From Zygnema circumcarinatum SAG 698-1b (lineage: Eukaryota; Plantae; Zygnematophyceae): a DNA stretch of 64,000 nt. The stretch spans positions 558,001 through 622,000 of the forward strand of contig CM074815.1 in NCBI GenBank assembly GCA_037447605.1. Reading direction: 5' to 3'. Below, piece by piece: positions 40,338 to 53,633 of the stretch. Both the position numbers and the translations under genes were made by a program. The notes beneath the pieces were generated by a model, which did no database searches, was not told where the DNA came from, and saw only the letters and a list, made by a program, of their open reading frames with translations. Position 1 is the first letter of the stretch. Each line of letters begins with the position of its first letter.

Positions 40338-42734
40338 AGTCAATCTCTTCACAGGAATAACCTCTCCCTGCTGTAGAAAATGGTTAAGCTCCCGCTTTTA
40401 AAACACGCAGAAACCTAAGCAAGCTCAGTATGCTACCAAACAACAAAAAGGAGAAAAAATGACTTAAGACAGCTGTTCCTTGTAACACCGTCTCCCTCGC
40501 CCTCCTCCCAATTTCCTACTGGGATACCGAGGACCTCCTCCACCTACTCCCAAATGAGCCCTCCAGCTGCGCCTTCTGCCAAGCAACCCTTGTGCAGCAG
40601 CGCCTCTCCCTGCTCCCTGCAAGCCCCTTGCAAGAAGCCTTCCTTGCTTCCTTGCTAGCTTGCTTGGTTGCTTGCAAGCACACGCCTGTCTCAAGTTCCA
40701 AGAGATAAGGGCAGGCTCAAGCCCGAGCAGAAGCACGGCCTTCCTAGAACGCGGTGGCATCTGCCCGCCTCTCCCACCACACGGAGGGATCTTTTCACGG
40801 GCTGCCCGGCAAACTTTCGTACGCCACAAAACCTTTTATCAAAAGCGTTTATCGGGCACGTCAGGTACTGAATTTTCTGGACCAAATATTTTCTTTGGCC
40901 CGAAGTATTCTCAAACTTGGCCCGAAAACCGCCGTGCAGTTAACGAACGGTCACATTTTAGGGCCACGGCAGGCCAGCCAATGGGAGCGCTCCGCCGTGG
41001 CACGAATTTTTTCGGCTTCCGGGCAGGGGCGTTTTTTTGCGGTTTCGGTCGGCGAGCGCGGAGGGGCTGCCACGTAGGCGCCTGTTGGCCTTCTGGAACA
41101 TTCCCGGCCTATCAGAGGCCGCCTCGATCCTCCAGAAGATGACATCTGTTGCCACATGGCAGTCCTGGTTCAGGTTCTCAGCCTGAATAACGGGGACACT
41201 GTAGGTGCCACGTGGCAGGTTACCGGCGAATGGCTTCCCTGAAAAGGGGGCTTGACCGTTAGGACTGGAAATTTTCGCGAGCGGAATTTATTTTTTTTTA
41301 GAAGAAAAATATTTCTCGATTTGCAGTTTTTTTTGGGATTTTCGGGCAGGGGAAGGAAAGGGAAATTTTGTGACTCGGCGGCGATGGTGGTGCCACGTTG
41401 CACTACCCGACAAGATGCGTGCTACGTGGCAGTACGGTCGCAGGTGCGGCCAAAGGAGGCTTGGCGGCACGGCATGCGTGATGTCACGGCGTACGAACGT
41501 GACGCCAATAACGTCGGCAAGTGCGAACTCGCCAGAAAGTTCAAGCGACGAAAGTTGCAAATTTTGTTTTTAAAGTGCCCGAAGGGCAGCTTTGACCGGA
41601 ATGTTTTTCGCGCGTGGGCGTGGAAACACGGCGTGCTCGCGGGAGGGCGCGCGAAGGCCGTCCGATGCCTATCGGACGGCCCTCGCGCGCGCTCACGCTA
41701 ACAGCGGATCGGGAAGCGCACGCGCCCTCCCGTGCACGGGGCCGCTCACCCATGCATGTGCCGCGGCCTGCATGCATGCATGGGTACATACTTGGGCGCC
41801 GCCGCGTGCGCATGCGCGCAGCCTTGAAGGCATCGCATCTGGGGAGTTACTGGCACACATGGGACGGGAACCACCGGGAGGACACCGGGAGGGCTGTCCA
41901 ATGACGGGGCCTCACGGTATCTGATAACCAATCAGAGATGGCCACGTTGGATAATCATGCCAACGTGGAGACCTGTTTTGATCGACGACTGTTCCTTGCA
42001 CTGGACTTCAGTTCTAGTTCCATGGAGCATTACCGCCAATTGCTACTCTCCACGTATACAACAATTGTCCACGTCGACAACAGAGAGCCGCCGCTCGGAT
42101 TTTAGGACGGCCGGCGAACTCCGGCGCGTCCGGCCGTTTACTGCTGGCTTTCGTACAGTCTGCCGTCTTCCTGCCTGGGCGGGCGTGCGTGTCGTTTGCG
42201 ATCGCTGTCCGTCCGCCGGCCTGCGCCCGGATCCTGGCTGCCACGTGGCGTGCGGAGGAGGGCCTGGAAGCCGGCCGGCCGGCCGGGCCGTCCGTCTTCT
42301 GGTGGCCGGCGCTTCCTGCCACAGCTACAGTTACAGTTACTGTTACAGTTCGGCGGCTACAACTGCTGTCGTCTACGGCAACACTAACGGGCGTCGATAG
42401 CAGCGTCTCATGTTTGTATCATATCATATCGCATCGTGACGTATCGTATTGTATTGTATTGCATCTCGATGTTGGGGCGGGGCACTGCAACGAAGTCAGA
42501 ACCATTCTCGCATGGTTTCATGCTTTTCGTTGTTGGTGATTGTGTTTTGGTTAAGATTGGACTTTAGCACATCTTGTGCAGTCTTAGGAAGCATCAAACA
42601 TGGCATGGTAATCAAACATCGGAGTTCACACCCTATGAAATTGCAAATTAAAAAATCTTTTGGATATCGACTTCCTTGACCACTGGATTTCGAATATTAT
42701 GTTCTGAATATGAAACCCAACCTCTCGTACATTA

Positions 42735-42934
42735 GGGGGAGTCAGACCTTGGCCATCGCTTACGAAATTCCCGACTTCCTTATACTAAAAGTCACTTCTT
42801 TCGTGTACGAATTCCGGGTCAGGATCCGCGGCTCCGCCGTACACAGCTGTACCGAAATGCGTACCTAGCCAATGCTGAATTCGCCCGACAGGCTTACGAA
42901 ATTGGTTTGGCGATGGTCAAGGTCTGACTCCCCC
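42735..42934. mobile_element. 200-bp MITE with ~25-bp terminal inverted repeats, flanked by TA
   Basis: TA|GGGGGAGTCAGACCTTGGCCATCGC ... GCGATGGTCAAGGTCTGACTCCCCC|TA (one mismatch); no coding capacity. Confidence 0.8.
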
Positions 42935-43594
42935 TATTCTTGAAGTCATCCTGGCCATACAGTACGGGAATGGGCAAAAAGCGCTAAAACTGCAAAGCGT
43001 GGATATATCGCGATAGCGCCGGCGCATCGGCTGGGATAGACAGAAAGTTTCCGGCGCGGCCGCCGGGACTAGCCGGCCATCAAACTGCCGGTCGGGCCGC
43101 GGGGTGATGGTTCTGAAAAGTGAAAAGCTAAAGCTTTTTAAGGCCGATAGCGACTGGCTGAAACAGACGCCGCCGGCGTGCGACGCCGGCAACTTTCGTC
43201 CGTCATAATACCCGATACCCCGGCGAAATTCCGATATGCCACAACAATCACCTCCATCCAAGCGCCCACGGTCGGCGGCTCCTGATTGGTTGTAAATCCA
43301 ACCAATAGAAACCAGTCACGTGTATACAAAAAGTGCGCGTACTGCACTTCTCAGCCCTGTAAGCGCACAGCGAAGAGGGCCAAAGTCGGATCACCGCCGA
43401 CCGCGTCCATTCGAAGGGCACCACGTGTCCACATAAACGTGCGCGTACCTCACTTTCATCCCGGTAAACGCACATCGCAGAGGGCCACGTGGCGCGGCCG
43501 CCGCCGACCTCCCCCGCCGCGGCGGACCGGCGGCGGGCGGTACAAAGGGCCCCGCGCGGCGCCTCCCCTCCTCGCCCTCCTCCTCCCCGCCGCC

Positions 43595-46589
43595 ATGGCT
43601 GCCCCCCGCCCCCTCCTCCTCCTCCTCCTCTGCGCCTCCCTCTTCGCCCTCCTCTGCTCCCTCACTCCCACAGCGGCTGCTGCCGGCGGCGGCGGCGGCA
43701 GACGGGCTCTGCGAGAGAGAGAAAGAAGCTTCTCGAAGGGAGGGGGAGGTCTGGAGGACTCCCTCGCGGAGGAGAGCAGCTCAGAGCTTTTGTACGACGG
43801 AGACTCAGAGCCTGCCGACACGTGGGAGTCCCAGTCCCAGGCTAAGGCTGTGGACCAGAGCTGCGCGATGGAGGTGGACGCACAGCTGGGCGCGGCTGGA
43901 GACGCCATAAAGGAGGCTCTCCCGCTGGCCTCGGACGACTTGGCCTGCACGCGGAGGATCCGTCGGGCAGCCATGGCGGCTGAAGGCGCGAAGAAGCTGG
44001 CGGGTACGGGCACGTGGGGGAAGGCGCGCAACAAGGCGGCGTGGGCGCACCACTTTCTCTCTAAATGCGGCGCTCCAGTGGGCACGCGTTTGGCCTTCAA
44101 GCTGACGGAAGCCATTGCCATTCTGGCCACCCCCTCGAGCTGCCTCGCCGCCATAGCCAACGACGTCATTCTCGCAGACACGCTCGCCGGCACGCCCGCC
44201 ATGGACCTTCTCGCTGAGGTGGGGGCCGCCAATGTGGCTGCCTCCTCCAACAGCTATGACCTCACTTTCCGAAAGTCGACTTATACAGGTGGGTAGATAG
44301 AAGCTTCCGTTCCCCCACTGGGTATGAAGAGCCCTCCGTAACTCTGCAAAAGCTGACTGCAATTCTTCACTTGTGTTGCTGCTCATTCATGGCAGGGGCC
44401 CGCCTCCGCTCATCCTCCACCTTCACCTCCGGAAAGTTCTCAGCACGCATTAAGTGTCCAACGGGAGAAAGCGCAGACGGGCTCAACACTGCCTTCTTCG
44501 TAAGTCTCTAACTAAAGCCAAACTCGAACATCACTCCAAGTAGCCTTTTTTTTTTTTTTTGACTGTTACCCCTCTCTCCCCTCTCTCCTTCAATGAGAGA
44601 AGTCGAAGTTATTCTCTCTTCTAACCCTCGCTATCTTGCTGCCACGTGGCCTACATTGCAGCTGTCATCGAATGCGGACGACTCCCAGCGCTCCTCCATC
44701 ACCATGGAGTTCCCCGGATTCGACCGCAGCATTGTGCTCCTAAACACTATGATCGACGGAAAAAGTGGTTGGAACATGGTGGTGGATCTTGAATATGACT
44801 GCTCCGAAGACTACCATGTTTACTCCATCTACTGGACTCCGGAAAAAATCATGTCAGCGCCTTGAAACCCGTCCCATGGGTCATGCCTGAATGCATGCCG
44901 TGCTTCACTTAGGGAGAGAGGGAGAGACAGAGGGAGAGAGGGTGAGAGAGAGGGAGAGGGAGGGAGAGATAGGGAGAGAGAGAGAGGGAGAGAGGGAGAG
45001 AGAGAGGGAGAGAGAGGGAGAGAGAGAGGGAGAAAGGGAGAGAGGGAGAGAGAGAGGGAGAGCAAGAGGGAGAGAGAGAGGGGGAGAGAGAGGGAGAGAG
45101 GGAGGGAAAGAGGGAGAGAGAGAGGGGGAGAGAGAGAGAGATAGAGAGAGAGAGGGAGAGAGAAGGAGAGAGAGGAGAGATGCCATGCACATCAGCCGTT
45201 CCTTGCATGCCTTTCCGTTAGACTGAACAACTATCGTCCATTGCGTTTTGTTGCAGGTGGAAGAGTGACAACACCGTTCTGGACATCTACGACAAGACCA
45301 TGTGGCTATCGAGCCCCGTCCCCAACAAGCCTCTCTATTTGTACCTCGCCCTCACCAACACATGGTCGCTCACTCCCCCAACATGGGGCACGGGAGTACC
45401 CGCCGGGGCCGACTCCTTCACTTCTTCCTTTCACGATGTGGCTTATCAAAGCCCCATTTCCGCCATCCCCAATTTCCCCACAGCATTACCTGATGCTCGG
45501 GTGTACCCCATCGGCATCGACAATGGACTCTATGGCGGCTTTGGGAGGATCAACATCGGATCAGACGCTCAGAACATCACCTGTGACAATAGCCAGTGTG
45601 GTAAGAGGAAAAAAACTCAAAACTCAAAACTCAAACTTCATGCTGATTAGGGACTGATTGGGGGATGCATGGCTAAGGGAGGGGTATTTGAATGAAGGTG
45701 AAGCTCAGATTTTTCTGAGAGTGAACTCACGCTCGGGCTGGTTTTGGGCTGTGCTTTGAACTGCAGGAGGACGGTTCCACAGCACAAGGTATTACGCTTC
45801 CGGAGAGTTTACAGGTTCATTCAAATGTTCTGCTGGCGACACGAGTGGACTCCTCTCCTCTCTCTATGTAAGTTTTCAAGACCCAAAAACTGGGAGCAGT
45901 CGAATGGCAATCAACGCCTAATCTATCCGAAGTGAATCGTCGGTGTGTCTGATTGCAGGCATGTTTAACGAGTGCTGTTTTTTGCGTGTTAGTGATCAAG
46001 CCTTTGCTGACGTTGCGTTTGCCTTTGCGTTTGTGGGCGGCAGCTGTCCTCCAAGGAGGGATACCAAGTGGACGGCCAAGCCGTGCAGGACGAGATCGAT
46101 TTTGAGTGGCTGGGCAAGGACAAGTACAGCGTGCAAACCAACTACTATGTCAATGGCGTGGGGGGAAACGAAGGCTTCATCGACCTCGGCTTCGACTGCT
46201 CCGAAGACTTTCACACATACACCATCCGCTACGGCCCCGCTATGATTCAGTGAGCACGCGCCCTCCCTCCCATCCGGGTCCTCTCTCTCTCTCATGACTT
46301 CCGCTTGCGATGATAAACTCTTTTTCCCTTCACTGCGTCATTTCAAGGCTGAGAAGTTGGCTTTGCTTCTCGGGAGTGCAGATGGCTGGTGGACGGCACG
46401 CTGCGGCAGACGGTGCGGAAGGACAGCGCCGAAACTTTCCCGACAAAGCCCGTCTTCTTCTACGCCTCCATTTGGAACGCGAGCTCCGTCAAGTACGGCG
46501 ACTGGTATTGGACGGGGAAGTGGGACGGGAAGGACATGCCCTTCGTGGCTCAGTACAAGGGTCTGCGAGTCACTCCCCTCGGCGACTAA
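43595..46589 (+). CDS. Secreted protein with two tandem GH16 EG16-like endo-glucanase domains (first degenerate, second with intact DEIDFE); 7 exons (43595-44288, 44396-44499, 44662-44852, 45257-45600, 45767-45867, 46044-46249, 46382-46589)
   Basis: Hydrophobic signal peptide. Domain 1: SGKFSARIKCPTGESADGLNTAFFLSS...SITMEFPG...DLEYDCSEDYHVYSIYW. Domain 2: SGEFTGSFKCSAGDTSGLLSSLYLSS...QDEIDFEWLGKDK...QTNYY...DLGFDCSEDFHTY...FPTKPVFFYASIWNAS. Confidence 0.88.
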
Positions 46590-47966
46590 GCGCGCGCGAG
46601 GGCGACCCCCTCCTCTCTCCTCTCTCCTCTCTCCCTTCCCCTCTCTCTCTTCTCTTTCTCTCTTCCTCTCTTTCGTTCTCTCTCCCGCTCTCGGTCTGTA
46701 AACAAACCGCCGCGCTGGCGGAGGAGTAGCCGCTCAGACGCATGCTGCGTCTGGAGGCTTTTGGCGCGCAGGCCTGCACTCATCAGCAGCATCACCTTGA
46801 TGATGATGATGATGATGACCTGCTGAAACGTGCGGCCCACTGCTTGTGGGCGCGGAGAGGTGGGAGGGGGACTTGTCAAAAGGACTTCACGCGGCGGATG
46901 TGTCGGGCATGATCGTCACTTTCCAGTTTTGGGCGCGAATTTGTTGAGTTTATGTATAGCGGAACCGTTGTAAAAGTAAAATTGTTTAGCTTCTAGCTTT
47001 AGCTGCTATAAATCTAGGACTAAATCTAGGACGTCCTCAATGTACATACCCAACATGTATATTTTTAGAATTTCGTAACTAATTTCAGACACCATTTTGA
47101 TCAGCAACGTTTCATCGTCGTCCAGATTCATAGTTGTCAGTGGCCAGCTACTGGCTTCGAGTTTGACAAGGGCGTAGTCGTGCTTCCGAACACAGCATGG
47201 ATGGCCTGTGAATTCTGCCCTAGTGATTCACTAGGGTGTTAAGAGGTATCCGTCATCCTGCATTTCTACTCGAGACAGAACGAGCAAACCAAGGTGCAGG
47301 CGCTCATCCTCGATGGTTGCATGTCCGTCCAATGGTTGTCATTTGGGCAAGTCAGCGCCATCATCATATCGCGATCATGATCACCTTCATCATCACCATC
47401 ACCATCACCGTACACCGGCAACACTGGCTTCACCTTTAGTCCAGTTGACCATCCTCTCACCATCCCATTTTTCCGTTTCGAAGATCCTAACGAAATCAGA
47501 ACCGACCCTACAAGAACTCGGACACATCATATTCCGTACTGTAGTTGTCGCATAAATACAAATGAATCAGACGAAAAAATTACCTACCTCGTTACTCTTT
47601 GTTCCCTCCTCTCTTGACTGGCCCTGTCCAGCTTATCCCTTAAGGGCACTTCTCTTTATTCCTTCACAAAAAGGACCCCCGCAACACCCTAAACTATTTC
47701 AACACTTCCGCCCTCATCTCCTCGCCATGGAAGAACCACTCAGTCTTTATCACCGGTCTCCTTCATCCCAAACCACTAACTAGCTTTGTACGGCATCGTA
47801 CTTCCCGCAAGTTCGCTCGCATGGCTGTGTTACACATGGTCGTGTAAGCATCATCTCTCTTTCGGATACCCATGCATGACATGATGTTCATCCCTTAACA
47901 CTGCGTCACATCACGGAATAGTCGTCGGAATCTTCTCAGCATGTATGTGAGAAGTCACGGAGATAT

Positions 47967-50900
47967 TCACAAGATGAAGAAGATGGCCAGCAGACTGGCA
48001 AGTACAGCTCCCAAGAGAGCGGAAAGAGCAGGGAGCCTCCCGGCTGCACTTGGTAGAGTGGGGAACTCGCTGGGCATAACACATTCCTCTCCGTTGAAGA
48101 AGACGCGCTGCAGATCAAAGGTAAAATTTCACATTGAGCGATTGAAATCCGTCTCGTACTCCTCTCTCACACGCACACATCCGGAAGAAACAAACAACCA
48201 GAAAACAAACACAGGACCTCCTTTCTTCCCACAAAGAGCGGGAGAGCGAGAGAGAGAAAGAAAGAGAGAGCGAGAGAGAAGAGTGGGAGAGGGAGAGAGA
48301 AGTGGACATACCCTAGGAAACCCCCAGCCATTGCTAAAAGTAAAATCCGGTATTTTCGCAAAGAGGAACTCTGACTGAACATTGCCAGTGCTCCCAGCCG
48401 GACCCAAGATCGAGTTGTAGGCCTTCCGCCCCCACATCACCGCCGTGTTGTTAATGCCAAATGGTTGAATTTGCGAAATGTTGAAGCTGAAAGCTTCGGT
48501 GAAATTCGCGAAGTTTGGGTGCTGCATCCCAACAGGCAGTGACCAGAGCAACATGACATGGTTTAGTTTTCGAGGGTGGAAGGAAAAACAATCATGTAAA
48601 GCTGCAAGGCTGAATGATTCAAATGACGTAGAACCATATGGTATTTTAGCTCATACCTCCATTACTAAGTTCCAATCGGTCCAGTTGTCATTCAAGTCCC
48701 TATTAATGATTGTCAACTTTGCGCGCCAATAATCATAATAATTTTGCTGCAACAATACCACACCCCATCCCCCACATGACCTTCAGAAGGAGAGCTAAAC
48801 ATTGGATTTCTTAAAGCATATACTCCCCCCGACACCTAACTACAATGAGTTCATAAAAAGTTTCAAAATCTGAATTCCTTGTCAAAGGAATAAATGAAAG
48901 GGAAAAGGAAGTCTCCTTCAGCAATCTCACCTTGATATGATAGTGGATGCTCACAGGGCAGCCGTCAGGACTGCATAACCTCGCCTTTGGTTGTCTCTTA
49001 AGGTCACTTACCGCCCCATCTGAGACGAGGAAGGGTGTGTCTGCATCTCCTGCAAACGTGGTGGTACAATGCCCTTGGTAAGCCGGGAAAAGATAGTCTC
49101 TTATTGCCCTAAAGGCAAGCCTATGACGACTTACAACACAATCAATACGAGTTCAGAAGGGGCATCTCCTCACCGATTAAGTTGCAAATGTCTGCATTTC
49201 TTGAGTAGTTTCCGCAGGCACAGGCGCACTGTGCGCATGGAATGATAGTCTGACTATAAAAGGCAGAGAGCGAAACACAGCAAGTGGGAATCGGTTTCGC
49301 CACAACAGCAGTGTAGGAGCACACCACATGGAGCGTTTTCACGGCCTGCACACAAATATAACAAGCAAGAAAGTTGATGCATGGCCCGAGAGGGGGAGCC
49401 CCACCTTCAAAAATATACCCTACAAAACCCTAAACAAAAACCTGTACAGGATAGGTGAGCCCCTCCACATGATGGCTTCTTCCAGGTCCTACCTAGCCAG
49501 AAAATGCAATGCCTGCACTGTAACTTCTCTTCTGTCCTTTTCTCTCCCACATCATCCACAAAGTATAATAGAAGGGAAAGAGAAAGAGAAGAGCAAAAGC
49601 AAAATGAAGCTTCAGTGTATAAGGGCTTACCGATGCTCGTTGGCCTTGCACAAGGAACAACGTCGGATTCACATCTACAGCAGGTGTGCAGGAGTAGCCA
49701 TCAACTAGAAGCCTGCCATGCAAAAACAGTTTATTGAAATTCAGTAAACGGAAACTTAAAATCTGTACTGACAGCACAATTGGCATGGTATCATTTCTGT
49801 ACCCAGAAAACTATTCATCCAGGAATGTAGGAGGAAGGCTTTCAAAAATAGAAGAAAGCTATATGTTCACCATTCCTTGAACCTGGGATACGACAGACTA
49901 GTAATAAACATGCGTAGCTCAGATAGGCTTCCAGATAGATGAATGGAAAGGCAAACCCCAAACTCCATTACGAAGGTCTGATCGCTAGGCTGCGTACTCA
50001 CTTGAAATTTGTTGGCGGCACGAAGCTTGATTTAGAATTAATCTTTGATGCATTTCCGACTTGAAGCTGATTTCTCGCAATAAATAGAACACAATCAGGC
50101 AGGAAAATCAGCTCCATGTAGCTACAGTTGAAAGTCCCAAGTCACCATCTACTTCAATAAGCATAAACAATCTAGGAAAACAGTCATCTTTGTTCCACTT
50201 TGTTCCAAAGCGGACGAGGTGAATGTGTGTGATGAAGAGGTCGACCAAAAATTGACAGCAAGCAGGGAAATGGGAGAGGGCAAACGAGAACTGGGAGGGA
50301 GCAGATCGGGGGGGGGGGGGGGGGGGGGGGGCGCAGAAGCGTGGAAGTGAGAGAGAGGGAGAGAGAAGGGGGAGGGAGACCAACCTTGAAGCTTGACATG
50401 GTGTTGGCCGAATCCTGCACTGTTGCTGTCAAGACGCCGTCCTTGCAACAATTCGTGAATTCCCCGAAAGCAGTAATATCCTTGTCCATCACGGTAGGTT
50501 CAGGTGAGCAGCTGCAGGATTACACGAGTGGAGAATCCATTCTCGCTGTCAGCTAAGAAAAAGTGGCATACGCCTGTGAAAAACCACAAAGAACCGATTT
50601 CTACACCGTGCTGCCAACAGCTCGACGAACTCGTAAAGAAATAGTCCGGGGTACAAGAATTAAGGGTGAGAGAGGTCAAATAGGAGAGTTGCATCTTCAC
50701 CCAAAATTTGGTCAGTAAGAGGACGGCACTGGCTGTGCTGTACCCTTCTGTCACAGCCAAGTAAGAAAAAATGTGAAAGGAGCATCCTGACCCATATCGC
50801 ATCACCCATCGACTTCCATGGTTATTTTCCTCTCAGTTCATTCATTTCGCTTACCAGTAAGGAATCGCGCCACCAGCCTGTGCAATGAGACTACAGTCTC

Positions 50901-51891
50901 CCTGCTCAGTAGTGACAGCGCCCTGTGGAATCCCACAAAGAAAGTGTCAGAAATAGAGTTCAAGCGCTTTGAGTTAGGTTCCACCATAGCATAGCATAGC
51001 GTAGCATAGCATAGCATAGGGTAGACCGCATCCGGGAAGGCACAAACAAAGAGGCTGCTAGTAAAAAATCTGGGAAGCACACACTGACTTGTGACTGAAA
51101 AATTGATCCACTCAAAGCAAGGGATGACTCAAACCCCCGTGATCTAACCCTCCGTTGAGACACAACGTACAGGAAACGACGACTGTAGCGACACATGCCA
51201 GAACCATTCCACTGCATCATACATCATTCTCTCCATGCAAGATAAGAATCCCCCACACAACACAACAACCAGCAAGCTGCACGACCTTCATCTAAAGCAG
51301 GATTTCACGTCGAAGAGTCGGAGCCATCGGACAAGAAACACAAGCATCAGCATCATTTCTTCCGGTTAGCTTAAAAGGGAACATTCTACCCTAAAGGTCC
51401 CAATCAGAAGCAGCTCCAATCTCCTTATCCCTGTCACTGGGACAAGCGACCACGCTGCAGAATACAAAACCAGAAAAAAGACACCCCAAGTCGAAACTCT
51501 AGAAAGAGACTTCTGAGGAAAAATACACAGACAAAGCATTTTCCACTGTAAATTATCAGTCTTATTTGTTTAGAGGTCGCCTCCTACTGAAAGACACTGC
51601 GACGAGAATTCATGCAAATTTCCTCCATTCCAAAAGACTGACCTGCATGTTCCAAATGATCTCGCCGTTGGTCCATGTGAAGTTGATTGCCCAACCCGGG
51701 GGATTGATTTTGCGAAATTTCTGATAGTTAAACACATTCACCTGCGCTATGTATCCATCACCTGTCCATTGCTGAACGTTCCATTCTATCGTTACATTCC
51801 CTGTTGGATCCAACGGATCGAAAGCCTCTCCCGTTCCAGCAAACATCAACAATACGACCCCAACACATACTACTACCGACAATCTCGACAT
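47967..51891 (-). CDS. COB: COBRA-family GPI-anchored cell-wall protein, multi-exon
   Basis: Signal peptide; AFDPLDPTGNVTIEW; GAVTTEQGDCS; NCCKDGVL; PTCCVSLSAFY...CACAC; CPVSIHYHIK; NYYDYWRAKLTI; GNVQSEFLF...GWGFPRRVFFNGEECVMP; hydrophobic GPI tail. One or two small internal exons were not resolved. Confidence 0.92.
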
Positions 51892-52944
51892 CCTTTCCTC
51901 CCCCCTCATCCTCGCCCCTTCACTCTCCTCCTCCTCCCTCCCTCTCTTTTCCTTTCCTTGCTCCCTCTTCCCTTTTCTCTCCCTCTTGTTGTCCTCTCCC
52001 TTACCTCTCCCTCTGCCGTTATCCCTCTCACTCCTACTCTCTCCCTCCCTCTCCCTTTCTCTCTCTCTCGCTCTCTCTCTCTCCCTCCCTCTCTCCCTCT
52101 CCCTCTCTCTCTCCCTCTCTCTCCCCCTCTCTCTGTCTCTCCCTCTCCCGCTCCCTCTCCCAGACACAGCGCCAAGACAGACCAGTCCCCCACCGCAACA
52201 AAAAGCTCCAACGTATTGGAACAAGGCTGGACCTGGTTCCAAATTGTTCGGGCAGCCCAAAAAACATTTTATCGTCGGGCAGCCGCCAATGGCGGCCAGA
52301 CGTTGCCCTTCCGACCCCACGATTGGTCCGTTTTCCGCAACTGCCGCAACGGGCCTGTGCGTTTCCATGCGCGTCCTTAACGTCTCTGCGTACGAATTTG
52401 AGGCGATTTGACCACTTCAGAACTTCAAAGTTTACTCGTGCGAATGAGAGAATGGACGGCCACAATTTGAGATCGAATGTCGGTGGCAAATCTGGACCGT
52501 CCGTTTGTATTTGTACGAGGCGGTGGCGACGGTCTGCGCACACGAGCGACCGTTCGAGCTTGTTGTGGCCACGTGGCGAGGGCAGATTGGTTGCAGGTCT
52601 AGGCGGGGCAAAAACAGGATCTATGTGGCGGTTAACCGTTTGGCGGTTGAGGATGAGGAGCAGCTTCCACATAGAACCAGTGAACGACCACAGCACATGG
52701 CACATAGCAGCTCTTCTCCATTGTCTCCATTCGTGACGTGACACGAATGCAGCCCCCAAAGTGTCCAACCGCAATTTCATTTCATGCCTTGGGGAAGCCA
52801 TCCATCGTCCTCTACAATGCGGTACAAGAAAAATAAAATAAAAATAAACTATGAAGAAAAATGGAAATTCAAATATGGTCGTTCCGATTTGAATCGCTAT
52901 TCGTAACATGGGCCTCTGGGCTGCACCCTCGCCCTTTGGGTCGA

Positions 52945-53222
52945 TCCATGGCCCCATGGCCCCATGTCGCCATGTCCCCATGTTCCCATGGCTTATGGCC
53001 CCATGGCCCCATGGCCTCATGGCCTCATGTCCCCATGTCCCCATGTCCCCATGTCCCCATGTTCCCATGTCGTCATGTCCCCATGTCTCCATGTCGCCAT
53101 GGCCTCATGGGCCCATGGCCTCATGACCCCATGTCCATGGCCCCATGTCCCCATGCCTCCCCATACATGGAGGGAAAGACTGCTGGACAGAGATGGGCCA
53201 TGTGATGCCCCCACGGCCCAAA
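52945..53222. repeat. CCCCATGTC/CCCATGG minisatellite followed by (GAT)n at ~53235-53280
   Basis: About 30 CCATG cores; the source of the MSPCPHVP pseudo-ORFs. Confidence 0.9.
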
Positions 53223-53633
53223 GTACCCCATCACGATGATGATGATGATGATGATGATGATGGATGATGGATGATGATGACCACCAGTAGCCCATGTTCC
53301 ATCCTCCGCTTCAACAGTATTCCGTTTTTCTCCCGACTACTGTCGAGAGTGCATAAATGGTACAAAATGAATCACCCTTTGAGGGTGTTGGGGCAGTGTT
53401 CGTGTCTTCAGTTGAATAAATACAAGCAAGGGAGAGAGAAAGGCGGAAGCAGAGAGAGAAAGGGGGAGGAGAGGGAGAGGGAGAGGGAGAGGAGAGGAGA
53501 GGAGAGGGAGGGAGAGGGAGAGGAGAGGAGAGGAGAGGAGAGGGAGAAGAGGAAAGGAGAAGGGGAGAGAAGAAGAGGGGAGAAGAGGGAGAGGAGAAGG
53601 GAGAAGGGAGAAGGGAGTGAATGAGGGAGAGGG

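Noticed and set aside
40660-42540. Many overlapping 60-160 aa GC-rich ORFs
   Set aside because: Expected in GC-rich promoter islands; no domain signatures.
52034-53295. 352-aa and MSPCPHVP-repeat ORFs
   Set aside because: Produced by the CCCCATGTC minisatellite plus the COBRA promoter and CT leader.
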